From Octopus sinensis (taxonomy: Eukaryota): a stretch of DNA of 64,000 nucleotides. The stretch is taken from the NCBI RefSeq assembly GCF_006345805.1, contig NC_043004.1, forward strand, positions 21,452,001 through 21,516,000, written 5' to 3'. Numbering within the stretch: the first letter of the stretch is position 1; each line of letters opens with the position of its first letter. Shown here in pieces: positions 11,759 to 24,608 of the stretch. The position numbers and the translations under genes were made by a program. The notes beneath the pieces were generated by a model that saw nothing but the letters and a program-made list of their open reading frames with translations, did no database searches and had not been told where the DNA came from.

Positions 11759-13451
11759 CTCACACACACACATACTCACCCACACATGCACTTAAACATA
11801 TATGTATATTTGTTTCCACTACATCCACAACAATAATTTACCATCCCATCACATCATCTGCACAAACCCCACTCGTCCTCCTCCCTACTCGATCAGCTCC
11901 ATGCCACCTTCTCATTCCCTTATTCTATCAATCAAATCAACCAGACACCCAAAAGAGCAGATTTGTGATCACTTAAACTTACAAGAAATGTTAACTAAAA
12001 CTTCTTTACTAGACATTCTGTTTCACAAATTATACACACACACTGCTCCACTTACACAACCACTTACACAAGAATGCACGTCGCCCATACACATACTTAT
12101 ACTCACATATTCTCATTCACTCACATATATTCCTCCTCGTTCCACTACTAGCACTTTGCTTAACAACTGTGTTTCACACTGAGCTTGGCAACATGTGTGT
12201 TACACTGTTTTCTGCTTCCTGTGTTTCTTCCTTCCCTTCCTTTTCACTCTTCTGTCAAAAGAGATTTGTTTTCCTACCCTTTTCCTCCACCACATGTTTG
12301 TACCATATTCTCCAACACCATAAACTTCAACTCAACTCTCTTCAGCTGATTTTTATCGATTTTTCTCCCCGTGGAATTTACCATTTCTTCAACATTTTTG
12401 GATTCTGAAGACTTACTACTAGCTGTGTAATTAAAAAAAAATTCTCTCTTTTGTTACAAATGGTTTATCTACCTCAGATGCTAACACATCTACCACATTC
12501 CTCTTGCCTCTCTCTATACCTCACCTAATTTGCTTTTTAATAGGTTTCTCAGCATACTATGGACATTTCTATTACCCCAGACTTAGTACCAGTTTTGTAA
12601 CCTCCTGCACTTTTCTTGTTTTACTGTGTAGTTTTTTAATTTCTTCTAGCACAGAACTTGTAATTATTTAAAGTAGATATATTAGTGTTATATTGTAATA
12701 AGTTTTTCTCCAGTTTTTCTCTCACACCTTTTCTTTCCCTAAATTTACATCTTTTGTCTTCTTTTCTGTCTCGTTCATTTTTTCATATTCTTTTGGTTAA
12801 CCCCCACCGTTTGTACACCCTTTACAATCCAACACATGTATTCCACATGTTTTACTAATTTTTTTCTTTCACAGAACAAAATAACTTTTTATGCCTTGTT
12901 TTCTCCCTCCATTACTTTTCTTGTTCAAGTTTTCCTTCCATGCAGCTATGTTTCACATCCATACTCATGCATACTCTGTTATCACACCCTCCACATTTGT
13001 TCTGTCTTCACTTTTACTTTACTCATGCACCCTGTCCTTCCTCTTCAGTTCCACACTTCTTTCATGCACACTCAAGACAATCACACACACACCAACACCT
13101 CCCATCCCCACTATCCCATTTCTGCACTTACATATTTCTACAAACAATCCCATGTCCAAAAGCAACACATGCACACTGCTAACCTCCACCTCCTTATGCC
13201 TATCTCAAAACATGGTTACACTCTTATATCTGTACCTGCACACATTCTCTTTCCTTCCTATAGATATATATATATATTAAATTAGAGATAAAACCACTAT
13301 TAGGCAAATCAAACAGTGAAAATCATAAACCAATACATAGAAATAAAATTAATTAATAAAAAATATATAAAATATAAAATTCAAAATTTAAATTATTTAA
13401 ATTTAAAGTTAAAATTTAAAAATTATTTAAATTAATAATTTATACTTATAA

Positions 13452-13488
<37 letters not shown>

Positions 13489-13649
13489 CATTATTATTAT
13501 TATTATTATTATTTTTTTTTTCCCTAAATCTAATTTTTCCCTGTAAGTTTGGATTTACTCCCTAATATTATTATTATATATATATACACATACATACATA
13601 ATACATACATACATACATACATATATATATATATATATGACAAGTAAGC

Positions 13650-13945
13650 GAACCATCCGATCGTGGCCATTGCCAGCCTTGTCTGGCCCCCGTGCCTGTG
13701 GCACGTAAAAAGCACCATCCGTCCGTGGCCGTTTGCCAGCTCCATCTGGCACCTGTGTGGGTGGCACGTAAAAAGCACCCACTACACTCACGGAGTGGTT
13801 GGCGTTAGGATGGGCATCCAGCCGTAGAAACACTGCCAGATCAGACTAGGCCTGATGCAGCCTTCTGGCTTCACAGACCCCAGTTGAACCGTCCAACCCA
13901 TGCTAGCATGGAAAGCAGACGCTAAATGATGATGATGATGATGAT
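13650..13945 (+). mobile_element. RTE LINE 3' tail (subrepeats + (GAT)n)
   Basis: tggcacgtaaaaagcacc twice, gagtggttggcgttaggatgggcatccagccgtagaaacactgcc, ending gcagacgctaaatgatgatgat. Confidence 0.88.
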
Positions 13946-14850
13946 ATATACATACATACATATATATATTTCTATGGATAATAACAGGTAATCGAAACTG
14001 CTGGTGCTTTACTCATCATCTTTTTTTAGATTTTGTACAATTTCTCCATTTTATATATATATACATATATATAAAATTAAGATTCAGTTGAATTAGTTAC
14101 TTAAATTGAGGCACCTTGTTAGGTCGATCTAATTTGCACACCCAGACAATATCAGGCGAATATCAAATTCTGCGCAGAAGTGTTTGTATTTGATATTCTT
14201 GCTGTGTATGCAGATAGCACAACCCAACTTAGTGAAGAGATCCACTCCTGATTGTTTCAGACATGTACTATATATAAAAATACAAAAAATACTTTCTATA
14301 AAGTTTCTAAAGTGCAGATTCCAGGGTAGGTGAATAAAATATAAATGGGTAATAAAGATGTACAGGTGTAAATTCATTACGGCCGTTTCAAGTGACTCCT
14401 TTAATTGATTAATGCAAACATTACCTTATTACAAAGAAAATATTTTCAAGGTGTAAGTAACTTGGTCACTACTGTCAATTATTCCTCCCACTACTACAAC
14501 CTCTACAAACCTCTAAATTCTAGTGGGTTCAACACTACAAACTCATTCTGCCAAAGATATAGCATTAGAATCATGTAAATATTTGAACTCCATTGGTTGA
14601 TATGAATATGTTAAAGCAGTTGGTTTGTCCTTTGTGTCTGAAAATAGTTTCTTTGCAATAATGTAATGTTTTCCTTAATCAATTAAAGGAGTCGCTTTAG
14701 CATCAATGGATCATAGACTTCCTACAGCCAGATGCCTTTATTGTCACCATTGCTCACTCATTTCCAAGCAAGGTAATTTTCCCCACCCCTGGACAGGTTC
14801 TTGTGGAATATTGAATATTGTATGTGTATATGTGTGTGTGCAAGAGTACA

Positions 14851-15080
14851 TCTTTTATCTTTTATTTGTTTCAGTCATTGAATTGTGGCCATACTGGGGC
14901 ACCACCTTGAAGGGTTTTAGTCAAATGAATTGACCTCAGTACTTATTCTTTAAGTCTGTTACTTATTCTGTTAGCCTCTTTTGCTGAACTGCTAATTTAC
15001 AATAACATAAACAAACTAACAGCAGTTGTCATGTGATGCTTACAAACAGATATAAATACCAAGACAGACACACACTCACA
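14851..15080 (-). mobile_element. Older main-family SINE, 3' half
   Basis: tcttttatttgtttcagtcattgaattgtggccatactggggcacc...ttttgctgaactgctaa. Confidence 0.8.
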
Positions 15081-15494
15081 TTATCAGCATCCTGATAATG
15101 ATAATTTTAAATTCACTTTTCCATGCTACTCTAAGTCAGATACATATATATATACACATATACATACGCATGAAACATATACATACATACATAATGGGAT
15201 TGGCTTAGTGATAGCAAGAGAAGTATCTAAAGTGTTGGACAAGAGTAACAGTTTGAAGTATAAATCTTCTGGTATTATTTCATGTCCAGAATATATAATA
15301 CTGAATAATAATTTATTCCATGCAATTGTAAGGAGTATTGAGGGATTATGCTTAGCATGTAAATGGAAAGTTATGTTTAATTAGATTTATATATGATCGT
15401 TATTAAATTAACGAGATTGAAATAATATTTCAAAGAAATGTCAAAGGTAGAACAAACAGTTAGATAGAATTCTTTGTGGTATATATTCTTTGCG

Positions 15495-15895
15495 GCGCAG
15501 GAGTAGATGTGTGGTAAGTAGCTTGCTTACCAACCACATGGTTCTGGATTCAGCCCCACTGCAAGGCACCTTGGGCAAGTGTCTTCTACTATAGCCTCGG
15601 GCCGACCAAAGCCTTGTGAGTAGATTTGGTAGATGGAAACTGAAAGAAGCCTTTCGTATATATGTATATATGTGTATGTGTGTGTATATGTTTTTGTTTC
15701 TGTGTTTGTCCCCCAACATCGCTTGACAATCGATGGTGGTGTGTTTACGTCCCCATAACTTAGCAGTTTGGCAAAAGAGACCGATAGAATAAGTACTAGG
15801 CTTACAAAGAATAAGTCCTAGTGTCGATTTGCTCGACTAAAGGTGGTGCTCCAGCATGGCCACAGTCAAATGAATGAAATAAATAAAAGAGTAAA
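15495..15895 (+). mobile_element. Full-length young main-family SINE
   Basis: Complete head, body, TA/TG linker and tail, close to the other young copies. Confidence 0.93.
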
Positions 15896-16502
15896 TTCCA
15901 GCTACCTTTGCCTGGAGCTCAAATCCTGTGAAAGTCAATTGTGCTTTTCATCCTTCTTCCTACAACTGCCCTCCCTCCCCTTTCTCTTCTCACCCAGTCC
16001 TGTCATCATTATCAAAGTCACTGTCCCCACTGCTACCACTACCTTAATTTTTCCACATGTGCAAGGATTTGATTGGTCATCTCTGAAACCCAGCATCTTG
16101 TCACATGTTGTTTTCCTTTGTTGTCTCATTCATACTGATGAGTTACAAATAGAATGAAGTTTATTACTTTATTTGAAGTGAAGTACATTGTTGTTATTTA
16201 GCATTTGGAAAACCTCATTCTAGTAAACTATCATCAAAACCTTTCTAATTATAAGGACCTTCTTAACTATATAGATGTATTTAGGAGTACATTATCTCAA
16301 AAGATTATGACAGTGATGGTGAATTATTTTAGATATCTAATATTAGATGTATTAGATGGTGGAAAATTTGCTTGCTGTTTTTAACAGATTGGGCTATCAG
16401 CGAAATTCAATTCCAGTACACCTGTCTACTCACACATGCATATGCATTTACATATGAACATATCTGCACACACATATATATCTTAGTGTGAGGTACAGGT
16501 AA

Positions 16503-16620
16503 CTCTTCTTCTTCTTCTTCTCTTCTTCTTCTTCTTCTCTTTCTTCTTCTTCTTCTTCTTCTTTTCTTCTTCTTCTTCTTCTTCTTCTTCTTCTTCTTCC
16601 TCCTCTTCCTCTCTCTCTTT
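16503..16620. repeat. (CTT)n microsatellite with flanking CT-rich tract
   Basis: Seen directly in the sequence; it explains the poly-E/K/R ORFs at 16448-16755. Confidence 0.95.
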
Positions 16621-17449
16621 TCTTCTTCCTCTCAGCAACCCTGCTACACCTCCTCTTCTCATGGCTCCCCTCCCTCTCCACCGCCACTTCATTCTCCTCC
16701 TCCTTCTCCGCCTCCACCATCTCCTTCTTTCTTCTCTGGAATGACTTTTCTCCATCTCATAGTTTGCTATAATTGATGGATTACTGCCATATTAATCCAT
16801 AAGACCTAGTTAGCATTGACATTTTCTGCAGCAGTCTGGTCCTGACATCTCCCTTCCAGAGACACAACTACTTCATACATTGCTGATTCTAAATTTTATG
16901 CATTCCATAAACTTGGAGTAAAAATAGGAGCCATTTTGTCTTCATGGTTGAGCAGCTCAGTAAAGGAATTATATACAGAAGTGAAAAGAAAAAACAATAT
17001 TTTTGCTCCAACAATTCTTAAGAAGATTTAGAAATTCTGCTATCCATTCTACACTTCCACACTATGATAAAGTATCTATTTGTGAGTGTATTCGTGTATA
17101 TGTAATTATTTGTCTGTGTGATCATTGGGGAATTACTCTGAAATAAGAAAAAAATATGAAATAAATAAATTGGTTTTATGTTTGCCATTGTATATTTTTA
17201 TCATTCAACAAAAAGATTTTTTCATATTATAATAATGTGAATTATAATTTTGATTGAAATAATTGGTTAAATGGGAATTGATTTTATTATTGATCACTTT
17301 GAATTAATTGGTTAAATAGGAATTGATTTAATTATTTCTTAAAAGTTTTCTTCTTTTAAAAATTCTTCAAAAAATTATACTAACTTGTCTCTTCAGAGAA
17401 TCACATTGAAGCATTTATGTAAATGGTAAGACTTCCACACAAGTCTGTA

Positions 17450-18300
17450 AAAAAAACCAACATGACGTGGCTATCAGTCTGGGGCAAAGTACTGAGCAAT
17501 CTCTTACCTCTACCATCAACAACTACAGTTGCAACAAGAAGAATAAGAAGAAGGAAGGTGGAGGAAATTCTAAGCTCAGGGTAATCCTTGGTTACTCAAC
17601 CATAGAGAATGTCTTTCTTGAGTCTGAGATCAACAGACAAACTGTAAAAGTTACTTTCAGTTTTAGCCAGGCTAGCAGCAAATGTCTGGGAGAAAAGTAG
17701 GCTAACAGTGCATGTAAAAGCTGCGGTCTACAGAACTTGCACTCTCAGAACACTGCTTTATGATAGTGTAAAGCATCTATTTCAGACAAGAGCAGCATCT
17801 CAATGACTTCCAGCTGAATATCTGAGACAGATTCTGAATATCAAGGGAAATGACCAAGTCACCAACAGTGAGATCCTGCCACATGCCAAAGTACCAAGCC
17901 TTCTTATGCTACTATAACAGTTACTTCCCCATTGGCTGGACATATATACTGCATGCAAGATGGGAGGATTTTAGAAAAGCATGTGGCATGGGGAACTGGT
18001 CTCTGGCAAGAGAACACAAGTGCAGTCCCATCTTTGTTCCAAAGATATCAATAAGAGAGACACAAAGTTTACTTCCATGAATGTTGAAATGTGAGAAAAT
18101 ATTGTTGGCGATCACTCCCACTGGCAACTGGCAAGGGTTTAAAAAGATGACAAAAAAAAGAAAAAAAACAAAATCAATAGGAAATTAGCATCAGAATAAA
18201 GCTGGTAGACAGTGCTTCAAATAAAATCACTGTAGCCAGGACTCTCACTCACATGTGGGTCTCTACAGTCACAGCAGATGTTGTTCTTACAACAAGATCA
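17450..18300 (+). mobile_element. BovB-like RTE LINE, decayed 3' part
   Basis: Frameshifted reading gives ESEINRQTVK, LTVHVKAAVYRTC, LRQILNIKGNDQVTNSEIL, MQDGRI, GELVSGKR and the C-terminal C...SHVGLYSHSRCC motif. Confidence 0.8.
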
Positions 18301-18420
18301 AAACAAAACTTCCTTGGCAAGGATTCTCACAAAACAGGTGCCTTTTAGTGAAGAGTCTTCTGAAAATATTTTAAGGTCATACCTGCTGACACTAAACACA
18401 TCACATACTTATGTATAATA

Positions 18421-18987
18421 TTGGGTTGTCCGGGAAGTTCGTGCTGATTTTTAAAGGAAAGGAAAAGGTCAATAAATACTTGTCATTACATTTTTAATCA
18501 ACCAAATATGAACCATTTTGTTGCATAATGGGTCTCCATCTTTCCTTTAACTTGAAAATACCCTCTTCCCAGAATTGAGGTGGTTTCATGGCAAAGAATT
18601 CCTCAAGGTATCTGTTTATGTCATCCAAGGAATTGAAATTTTTACCATTAAGATTATTCTGCAGAGACCTGAATAAGTGGAAATCCAAAGGAGCAATATC
18701 TGGTGAATATGGAGGGTGGGGTAACACATCCCAGCTGAGCTACAGCAATTTTTGTCTGGTTCCCAAAGTATCAAGTGCCGAAAATAAACTTTCTTATCTT
18801 CCATTTTAAAAGGGTTACAGAATTAACACAGCTTATAGGAACATAAACATTCTTCCACAGAAAGATAGCTTAAACTGTGCTCTAAATGAAGGTGTAGTCA
18901 AATCCTATTTTATGGACTCAACCATGTTCTAAAATAATTCGAAATGTAAGCTACTATAAATCGGTACGAACTTTCCGGACAACATAA
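18421..18987 (-). mobile_element. Internally deleted mariner with both 30-bp TIRs and TA target duplication
   Basis: TIRs 18421-18450 and 18958-18987 match at 25/30, with TA at 18419-18420 and 18988-18989. The N-terminus MEDKKVYFRHLILWE is fused to the C-terminus (LPHPPYSPDIAPLDFHLFRSLQ). Confidence 0.95.
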
Positions 18988-18992
18988 TATTT

Positions 18993-19182
18993 TAAAGTTT
19001 TGGCACAAGACCAACAATTTAAAGAGTAGGCAGTAATTCGATTACATCAAACTCAGTGCTCAACCAGTACTTATTTTATTGACCCTGAAAGAATGAAAGG
19101 CAAAATCAATCTTTGTGTAATCTGAACTCAGGACAGAAAGACGGTTGAAATGCCACTAAGCATTTTGCCAGCTCACCACCTC
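18993..19182 (-). mobile_element. Deu/Nin-domain-like SINE, degenerate
   Basis: gtacttattttattgaccctgaaagaatgaaaggcaaa is the reverse of the tttgcctttcatcctttcggggtcgataaa core seen at 23290. Confidence 0.75.
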
Positions 19183-20094
19183 ACATGTATAATACATATT
19201 ATCATTTTATTCCTGCCCCCTTTCTATGCTGACAAAGCTTGAGCCAATATAAGATATCAAGATTTTGTGTAGGTACCCTGCATATAGCGATTCACCTTCT
19301 AAAACACTGCCTCAGAAAACCATGCAGCCTATGCCAGCATAAAAAAATGCTGCTGAGTGTATGTGCATGTGAGTGTGTGTGTGTGCCTGGGAGTGTATGC
19401 ATATCTATGTATGTGTGTATATAAATATATATATGTGTGTGTGTGTGTGTAACTGATTATATGTTGTCTCAGTAATTGTGAGATAAAATCTATATCAACA
19501 GTAGCAACATTGTTGATATTGAGAAGTAGTTGTATATTACAATGAGGACAAGTGTATGTATTATATACTTTTAAAATTAACAAAGACTGTGAGTATAATG
19601 CCTGTCAATTTCTTTTTACCTAAGTGTATACATGCACATTAAATGTAAGACACATTTGTATGTGTATATAATAGGATTAGTATGATGATTTATATGATAA
19701 TACTTTAGTTGAGATTGATATGACTAGTCCAACAAAAACTAAGGATATGAATATTTATGTTAGTGAATATAGTTTATGAAGATTACATAGTAACAAACAT
19801 CATTCCTACAATATAATAATGTATCTGTCAATATAAATACATATTCTGTTGACACTCAAAAAATTCTGGAATGAGAAATAGAAAAAAAAAAAAAAAAAGA
19901 TAAAGAGAAAGAATTCTAACACAAAAAAAAAAAATGATTTCAGAAGAAATATTTATTAAAACTTTTGCAAACTGTAAACGAGCAATTTTCATGTGAAACT
20001 GTACTTCCCCTGCAGTGAAAAACATTGCAGACAGATAATTACAGAATCAATTAGTACTCATCTGTAAGTGGAATATTTAGAGAGAATTAACAAG

Positions 20095-20365
20095 TCCAAT
20101 GATAGCATTATAATTATTGAACCAAGACTTAACATAGTAACTGAACAAATACTAAGCATAAATATTAAGCTACCAGCTAACATGATTATTGAACCAACAG
20201 TTAAAATAATTATTGAGCCTACAGTTAAAACAATTATTGAATCAATAGGCAGCATTATTACTGAGCCAAGAGTAAACATAATTAGTGAAATAATAATTAA
20301 CAATCACGGGTACAAGAATCAACATAATTAAATGAGCCAATAATTAGCATAACTAATGAGCCAGT
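20095..20365. repeat. 24-bp minisatellite, about 11 degenerate units
   Basis: The tgaRcc-like anchor recurs at 20118, 20142, 20166, 20190, 20214, 20238, 20262 and 20286, then at 20333 and 20357. Confidence 0.85.
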
Positions 20366-20379
20366 GATGTATTTATCCC

Positions 20380-21340
20380 ATCACATTCTTGTTTCTTTTG
20401 GGGTTTTTTTGGTCCTACCGTTTATTCCATGTCATTTGAGCCCTCACTGGCTTTTGTATTGATGTTACCAAGATGTACTGCAAAGATATTTCTCTATCTG
20501 ATTCTGGACCACCTACTGGGTACTGTTGACAGATACTTTACCATGTAGAGAACAATGTTAGGAATTTGAACTCCAAAATCAAAGGAATAGAACAGGTTCT
20601 GCAAGGAATCCTATGTAGTATTCTGTCACTCAGTTCATTCCTACTTCGTCGTTCATACATCCTAACAAGGCAGATCCAGCCAAGCATGCTAACCTCATTT
20701 CATTTTAGTCTTCACATGTCTTTTGCATTCTAAGCTCATGTCTCTTTGATGTGCAATAATGTACTCCAGACACAAGTATCATGGAGTTTGCCCTCTTACA
20801 AATTTATTGTTTACACTTGGCCTATCTTATAGAATATCTACAATCTCGTTTCTGCAAATGGACCATGTCCAATTTCCTGAAGTTATAAGTGTCCTGATAT
20901 CCTACCAAGTAAAATTTTACTTTTTCCTAAGTTTTCTGAAAGACATTTCTATTCAGACTGCTATAAGAGATGAGTTGCCTGCATATAGGAGTTTTCAAGA
21001 GCAGCCGGTTTTAAATTTCTTTGTTATAGCTTGGAGGACAATGATAAACAGTAATGTGCGCAGAACTGAGTTCTGATGAACTCTTTTCTGCACCCTATAG
21101 TCATCACTGAACTCCTTGTTGATTCTCACCTTGCTAACTGCTTCTATCTATGTACATAGCTTGCAGGGTCCTTACATGTTATTTGTCCATTCATATTTTC
21201 CTTAGAAAACAGCTAATCACAATGCAAGGAACTCTATGAAAGGCCTTCTCCAGGTGAACAAGTACTAGTTATTGATGTTTATTCCTAACCTTGTATTTCT
21301 TTTACAGTTGCCTTTCTAGGAATACAGTATCAGTAGCACC
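20380..21340 (-). mobile_element. RTE LINE reverse transcriptase region, heavily decayed
   Basis: The minus strand gives KAFHRVP, VHQNSVL..LLFIIVLQAITKKFKTGCSWKLLYAGN (degenerate LLYADD) and GKLHDTCVWSTLLH. Confidence 0.8.
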
Positions 21341-21416
21341 TCTTCAGAGGAGAAAGTTGAACTATATTTCGTCTAGACTTCTCTCTTTAATTAGTTGTGT
21401 AATGACCCAATTTATA

Positions 21417-21838
21417 TCTCTCTTTTACTCTCTTTTACTTGTTTCAGTCATTTGACTGTGGCTATGCTGTAGTGCTGCCTTTAGTCGAGCTAATTGACCC
21501 CAGGACTTATTCTTTGTAAGCCTAGTACTTATTCTATCGGTCTCTTTTTGCTGAACCGCTAAGTTATGGGGATGTAAACACACCAGCATCAGTTGTCAAG
21601 TGATGTTGGGGGGACAAACACAGACACACAAACATATACACGCACATACATACATATATATATATACATATATACGACGGGCTTCTTTCAGATTCCATCT
21701 ACTAAATCCACTCACAAGGCTTTGGTCAGCCTGAGTCTATAGCAGAAGACACTTGCCCAAGATGCCACGCAGTAGGAATGAACCTGGAACCATGTGTTTG
21801 GGAAGCAAGCTACTTACCACACAGCCACTCCTGTGCCT
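21417..21838 (-). mobile_element. Full-length main-family SINE
   Basis: Complete tail, linker and head in reverse. Confidence 0.93.
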
Positions 21839-22855
21839 TCATGTAATTTTCATAATAATACTTTGAGCATCCGGACAACTATCACTGAAGGCCCAACTGC
21901 CTTCCTTAGTTTCAATTTCCTTATTGTTCTACTTATTATATTGTCATCTTGGTTGGCAGGTTCCTCTATCATGCATTTTTCTTCACATTCAGCAGCCTTT
22001 TACAGTAGTGTATTCATGTTTCTTTTTTACAGCATCATTGAGACCAAATATGCCATTATCATTTTATATATATTCCTCAAGGACAATATCACTATTTTCT
22101 TTTTCATACAATCTAATATTGTGGCCCAACTCAAACCTGTGAACCTCATGTCACAGAACATGCACAAACTTCTTCTTTCTTGTCTCTCCTCTTGTTAGAT
22201 ATAACTGTTGCCTAGCTTCCTTCTAGCAACTTGATATTTTTCTCTGGTGCTTCTTTTCCACTAGTCCATCTAACTGTCTCTTTGCTGTTATGGCTATACA
22301 TATATATACTTTTTCAGGATTAAATAAAAAGACAACTAAAGGAAAATATGACCCTCCTATAAATATAATTTTAAAAAATGTGTAGTAAATAAACAAATAA
22401 ACATATACTAAATACACAGATAGACAGAAAACACAGAAGGTCACAAATTCTTCATCAGTTATTGGTCAGAGGGTCAAATGCAATTTCAGTCTCCACTCTG
22501 GAGGGACCGACAAGAAACTTGCTGGGAATGGGACCTAAACATAACAAAACAAAATGGGCTCGAGATGAGACCATTAGTGGATGGGAATATTTTTCATGTC
22601 ATTCTGTCTCTTCCCTTTACTTTGCTTCTCTTAATTTCCTTTCTTTCTCTCTCTCTCTCTCTCTTTCTCTCTTTTTCACTCTGTGTCTTTATCTGTTACC
22701 CTCCTCCCACTATCACATGACCCATGCCAACCTAAGGCGGTGTCATTCTTTTCCGCATTGCCTTCAACTGTACTGGACATGATTTTCTGAGCTCCTTGCT
22801 CTACCTCTCCTATGTATTGTCCTTCAGGACAGTTTTCACTTCTCCTTCGCATTAC

Positions 22856-23060
22856 CCATTCAGGGAACTGTTAAAGGTGGAAAATGCAGAGGCAGACAGA
22901 AAAAGACGTGGGAAAACAACATCTGTGAGTGGACAGGCCTAAAGAAGCAAGACACAGTGCGAGAGGTAGAAGACAGAGACGAGTGAAGGATCTGGCTGCA
23001 AAGTCATCAGTTGTGCCCCAGTGGTCATTCAAACATGGGATATGTAATATGATGTAATAG
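22856..23060 (+). mobile_element. RTE LINE extreme 3' end
   Basis: IQGTVKGGKCRGRQKKTWENNICEWTGL...EDRDE, a typical RTE C-terminus. Confidence 0.75.
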
Positions 23061-23189
23061 TTTGAGGAAGATTTTACTGCTATGTTTAGCAGGGCAAGCA
23101 ATCACATAGAGGCTTTTGTAGACTTGTATGACTCAAGTGAGAAGTTGATACTACTAGAAGCAGTTTGATTGACAATGTAGGGAGTTGAT

Positions 23190-23425
23190 AAGGCGACGAG
23201 CTGGCAGAAACGTTAGCACGCCGGGCAAAATGCTTAGTGGTATTTTTTCTGTTGTTACGTTCTGAGTTCAAATTCCACCAACCTCGATTTTGCCTTTCAT
23301 CCTTTCGGGGTCGATAAATTAAGTACCAGTTATGCACTGGGGTCGATCTAATCAACTTAATCCCTTTGTCTGTTCTTGTTTGTCCCCCTCTATGTTTAGC
23401 CCCTTGTGGGCAATATTGAAATAAG
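23190..23425 (+). mobile_element. Full-length Deu/Nin-domain-like SINE with 16-bp target-site duplication
   Basis: tRNA-like head (gagctggcagaaacgttag, gagttcaaattcc) and core tttgcctttcatcctttcggggtcgataaattaagtacc. TSD aatgtagggagttgat (23174-23189) / aatgtagggacttgat (23426-23441). Confidence 0.9.
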
Positions 23426-23892
23426 AATGTAGGGACTTGATCTGTTGAGTTGTATGATTTGAGCAACAATTTGTTGCTATTTCTAGTAGACTGATTGACT
23501 TTGTATAAGCTCATTTGTTGATTCCTCATTGGAAAGTTTATACAGATTAGATTTATTTCTGCCATTAGAATATTAATAAACTGACAGAAATTTGAAAATT
23601 AATCTTTCTATTGACACAATTGTGTGTCTGAAAGCGAGGCTTTCTGCAGAAATTCTTGAAGTGCTGATATTTCTGTCTCAAACAGATGCAACTACTTTCA
23701 ACATCCTTTTCTTTAACATGGCAATTATACTGAATTATTAATAGAAAATGCTGGGAATTAGCAAAATCATTAGAACATCAAAAATGCCTTGGGGTATTTT
23801 GTTCTAGTTCTTTACATTCTTTGTTCATATTCTGCCAAAGCCAACATTTCCCTTTGTTTTGTATACATTCAGGGTTAGAAAATAATGTACTA

Positions 23893-24056
23893 TGCAGAGG
23901 TTGTGGCTGTGTGGTAAGAAGCTTGCTTCCCAAACACATGCTTCCCGGTTCAGTCCCACTGTGTGACACCTTGCGCAAGTGTTTTCTAGTATAGCCTTGG
24001 GTCGACCAAAACCTTGTGAGTGGATTTGGTTGATGGAAACTGAAAGAAGCCTGTTC
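23893..24056 (+). mobile_element. Main-family SINE, 5' half
   Basis: gtggctgtgtggtaagaagcttgcttccc...gaaactgaaagaagcctg. Confidence 0.88.
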
Positions 24057-24069
24057 TATATTTTTTCTT

Positions 24070-24250
24070 ATGATGAGGAATTCTGTATATTATTTACATT
24101 AGACGGATATGTGTCCTCATCTTGTTGTTACCACGTTTCAGTGGATTTACTCAGCCTTCATCAAGTGTACTGGTGGAATTTTGAACCTAATTCTGGGTTC
24201 TCATTCCTAAGGTACTTGGTTTGCTGATGATATTATTATTATTATTATTA
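24070..24250 (-). mobile_element. Penelope-like terminal repeat remnant with decayed minimal hammerhead
   Basis: The minus strand of about 24131-24165 reads cacTTGATGAaggctgagtaaatccactGAAACgtg, a degenerate CUGAUGA-A-stemII-GAAAC-GU core of the kind found in PLE terminal repeats. Confidence 0.5.
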
Positions 24251-24252
24251 TT

Positions 24253-24608
24253 GGTCATGCTGGGGCACTACCTGGAATAAGTTTTAGCTGAATGTATCAA
24301 TTCCAGTACTTTCTTTTTTAAGCCCTATACTTACTCTGTCAGTCTCTTTTGCTGAACTGCTAAGTTATAGGGACGTAAACACAACAACATCAGTTTTCAA
24401 GCGGTGGTTGGGACAAACACAGACACAAAAAAAAAAACACACACACACACACACATGGTGGGATTCTTTCAGCTTCCATCTACCTAATACACTTATGGTT
24501 AGCCTGAGGCTATAGTAAAAGACACCTTCCCAAGGTGCCATGCAGTGGAACTGAACCTGGAACCATATGGTTGGAAAGCAAGCTTCTTACCATATAGCCA
24601 TGCCTGCA
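24253..24608 (-). mobile_element. Older main-family SINE
   Basis: Reverse tail, (CA)n linker and head are all recognisable. Confidence 0.85.

Noticed and set aside
16448-16755. Poly-E/K/R ORFs
   Set aside because: They are translations of the (CTT)n microsatellite.
23086-23565. 159-aa minus-strand ORF
   Set aside because: It reads through an antisense Deu/Nin-like SINE and unique flank, with no domain features.
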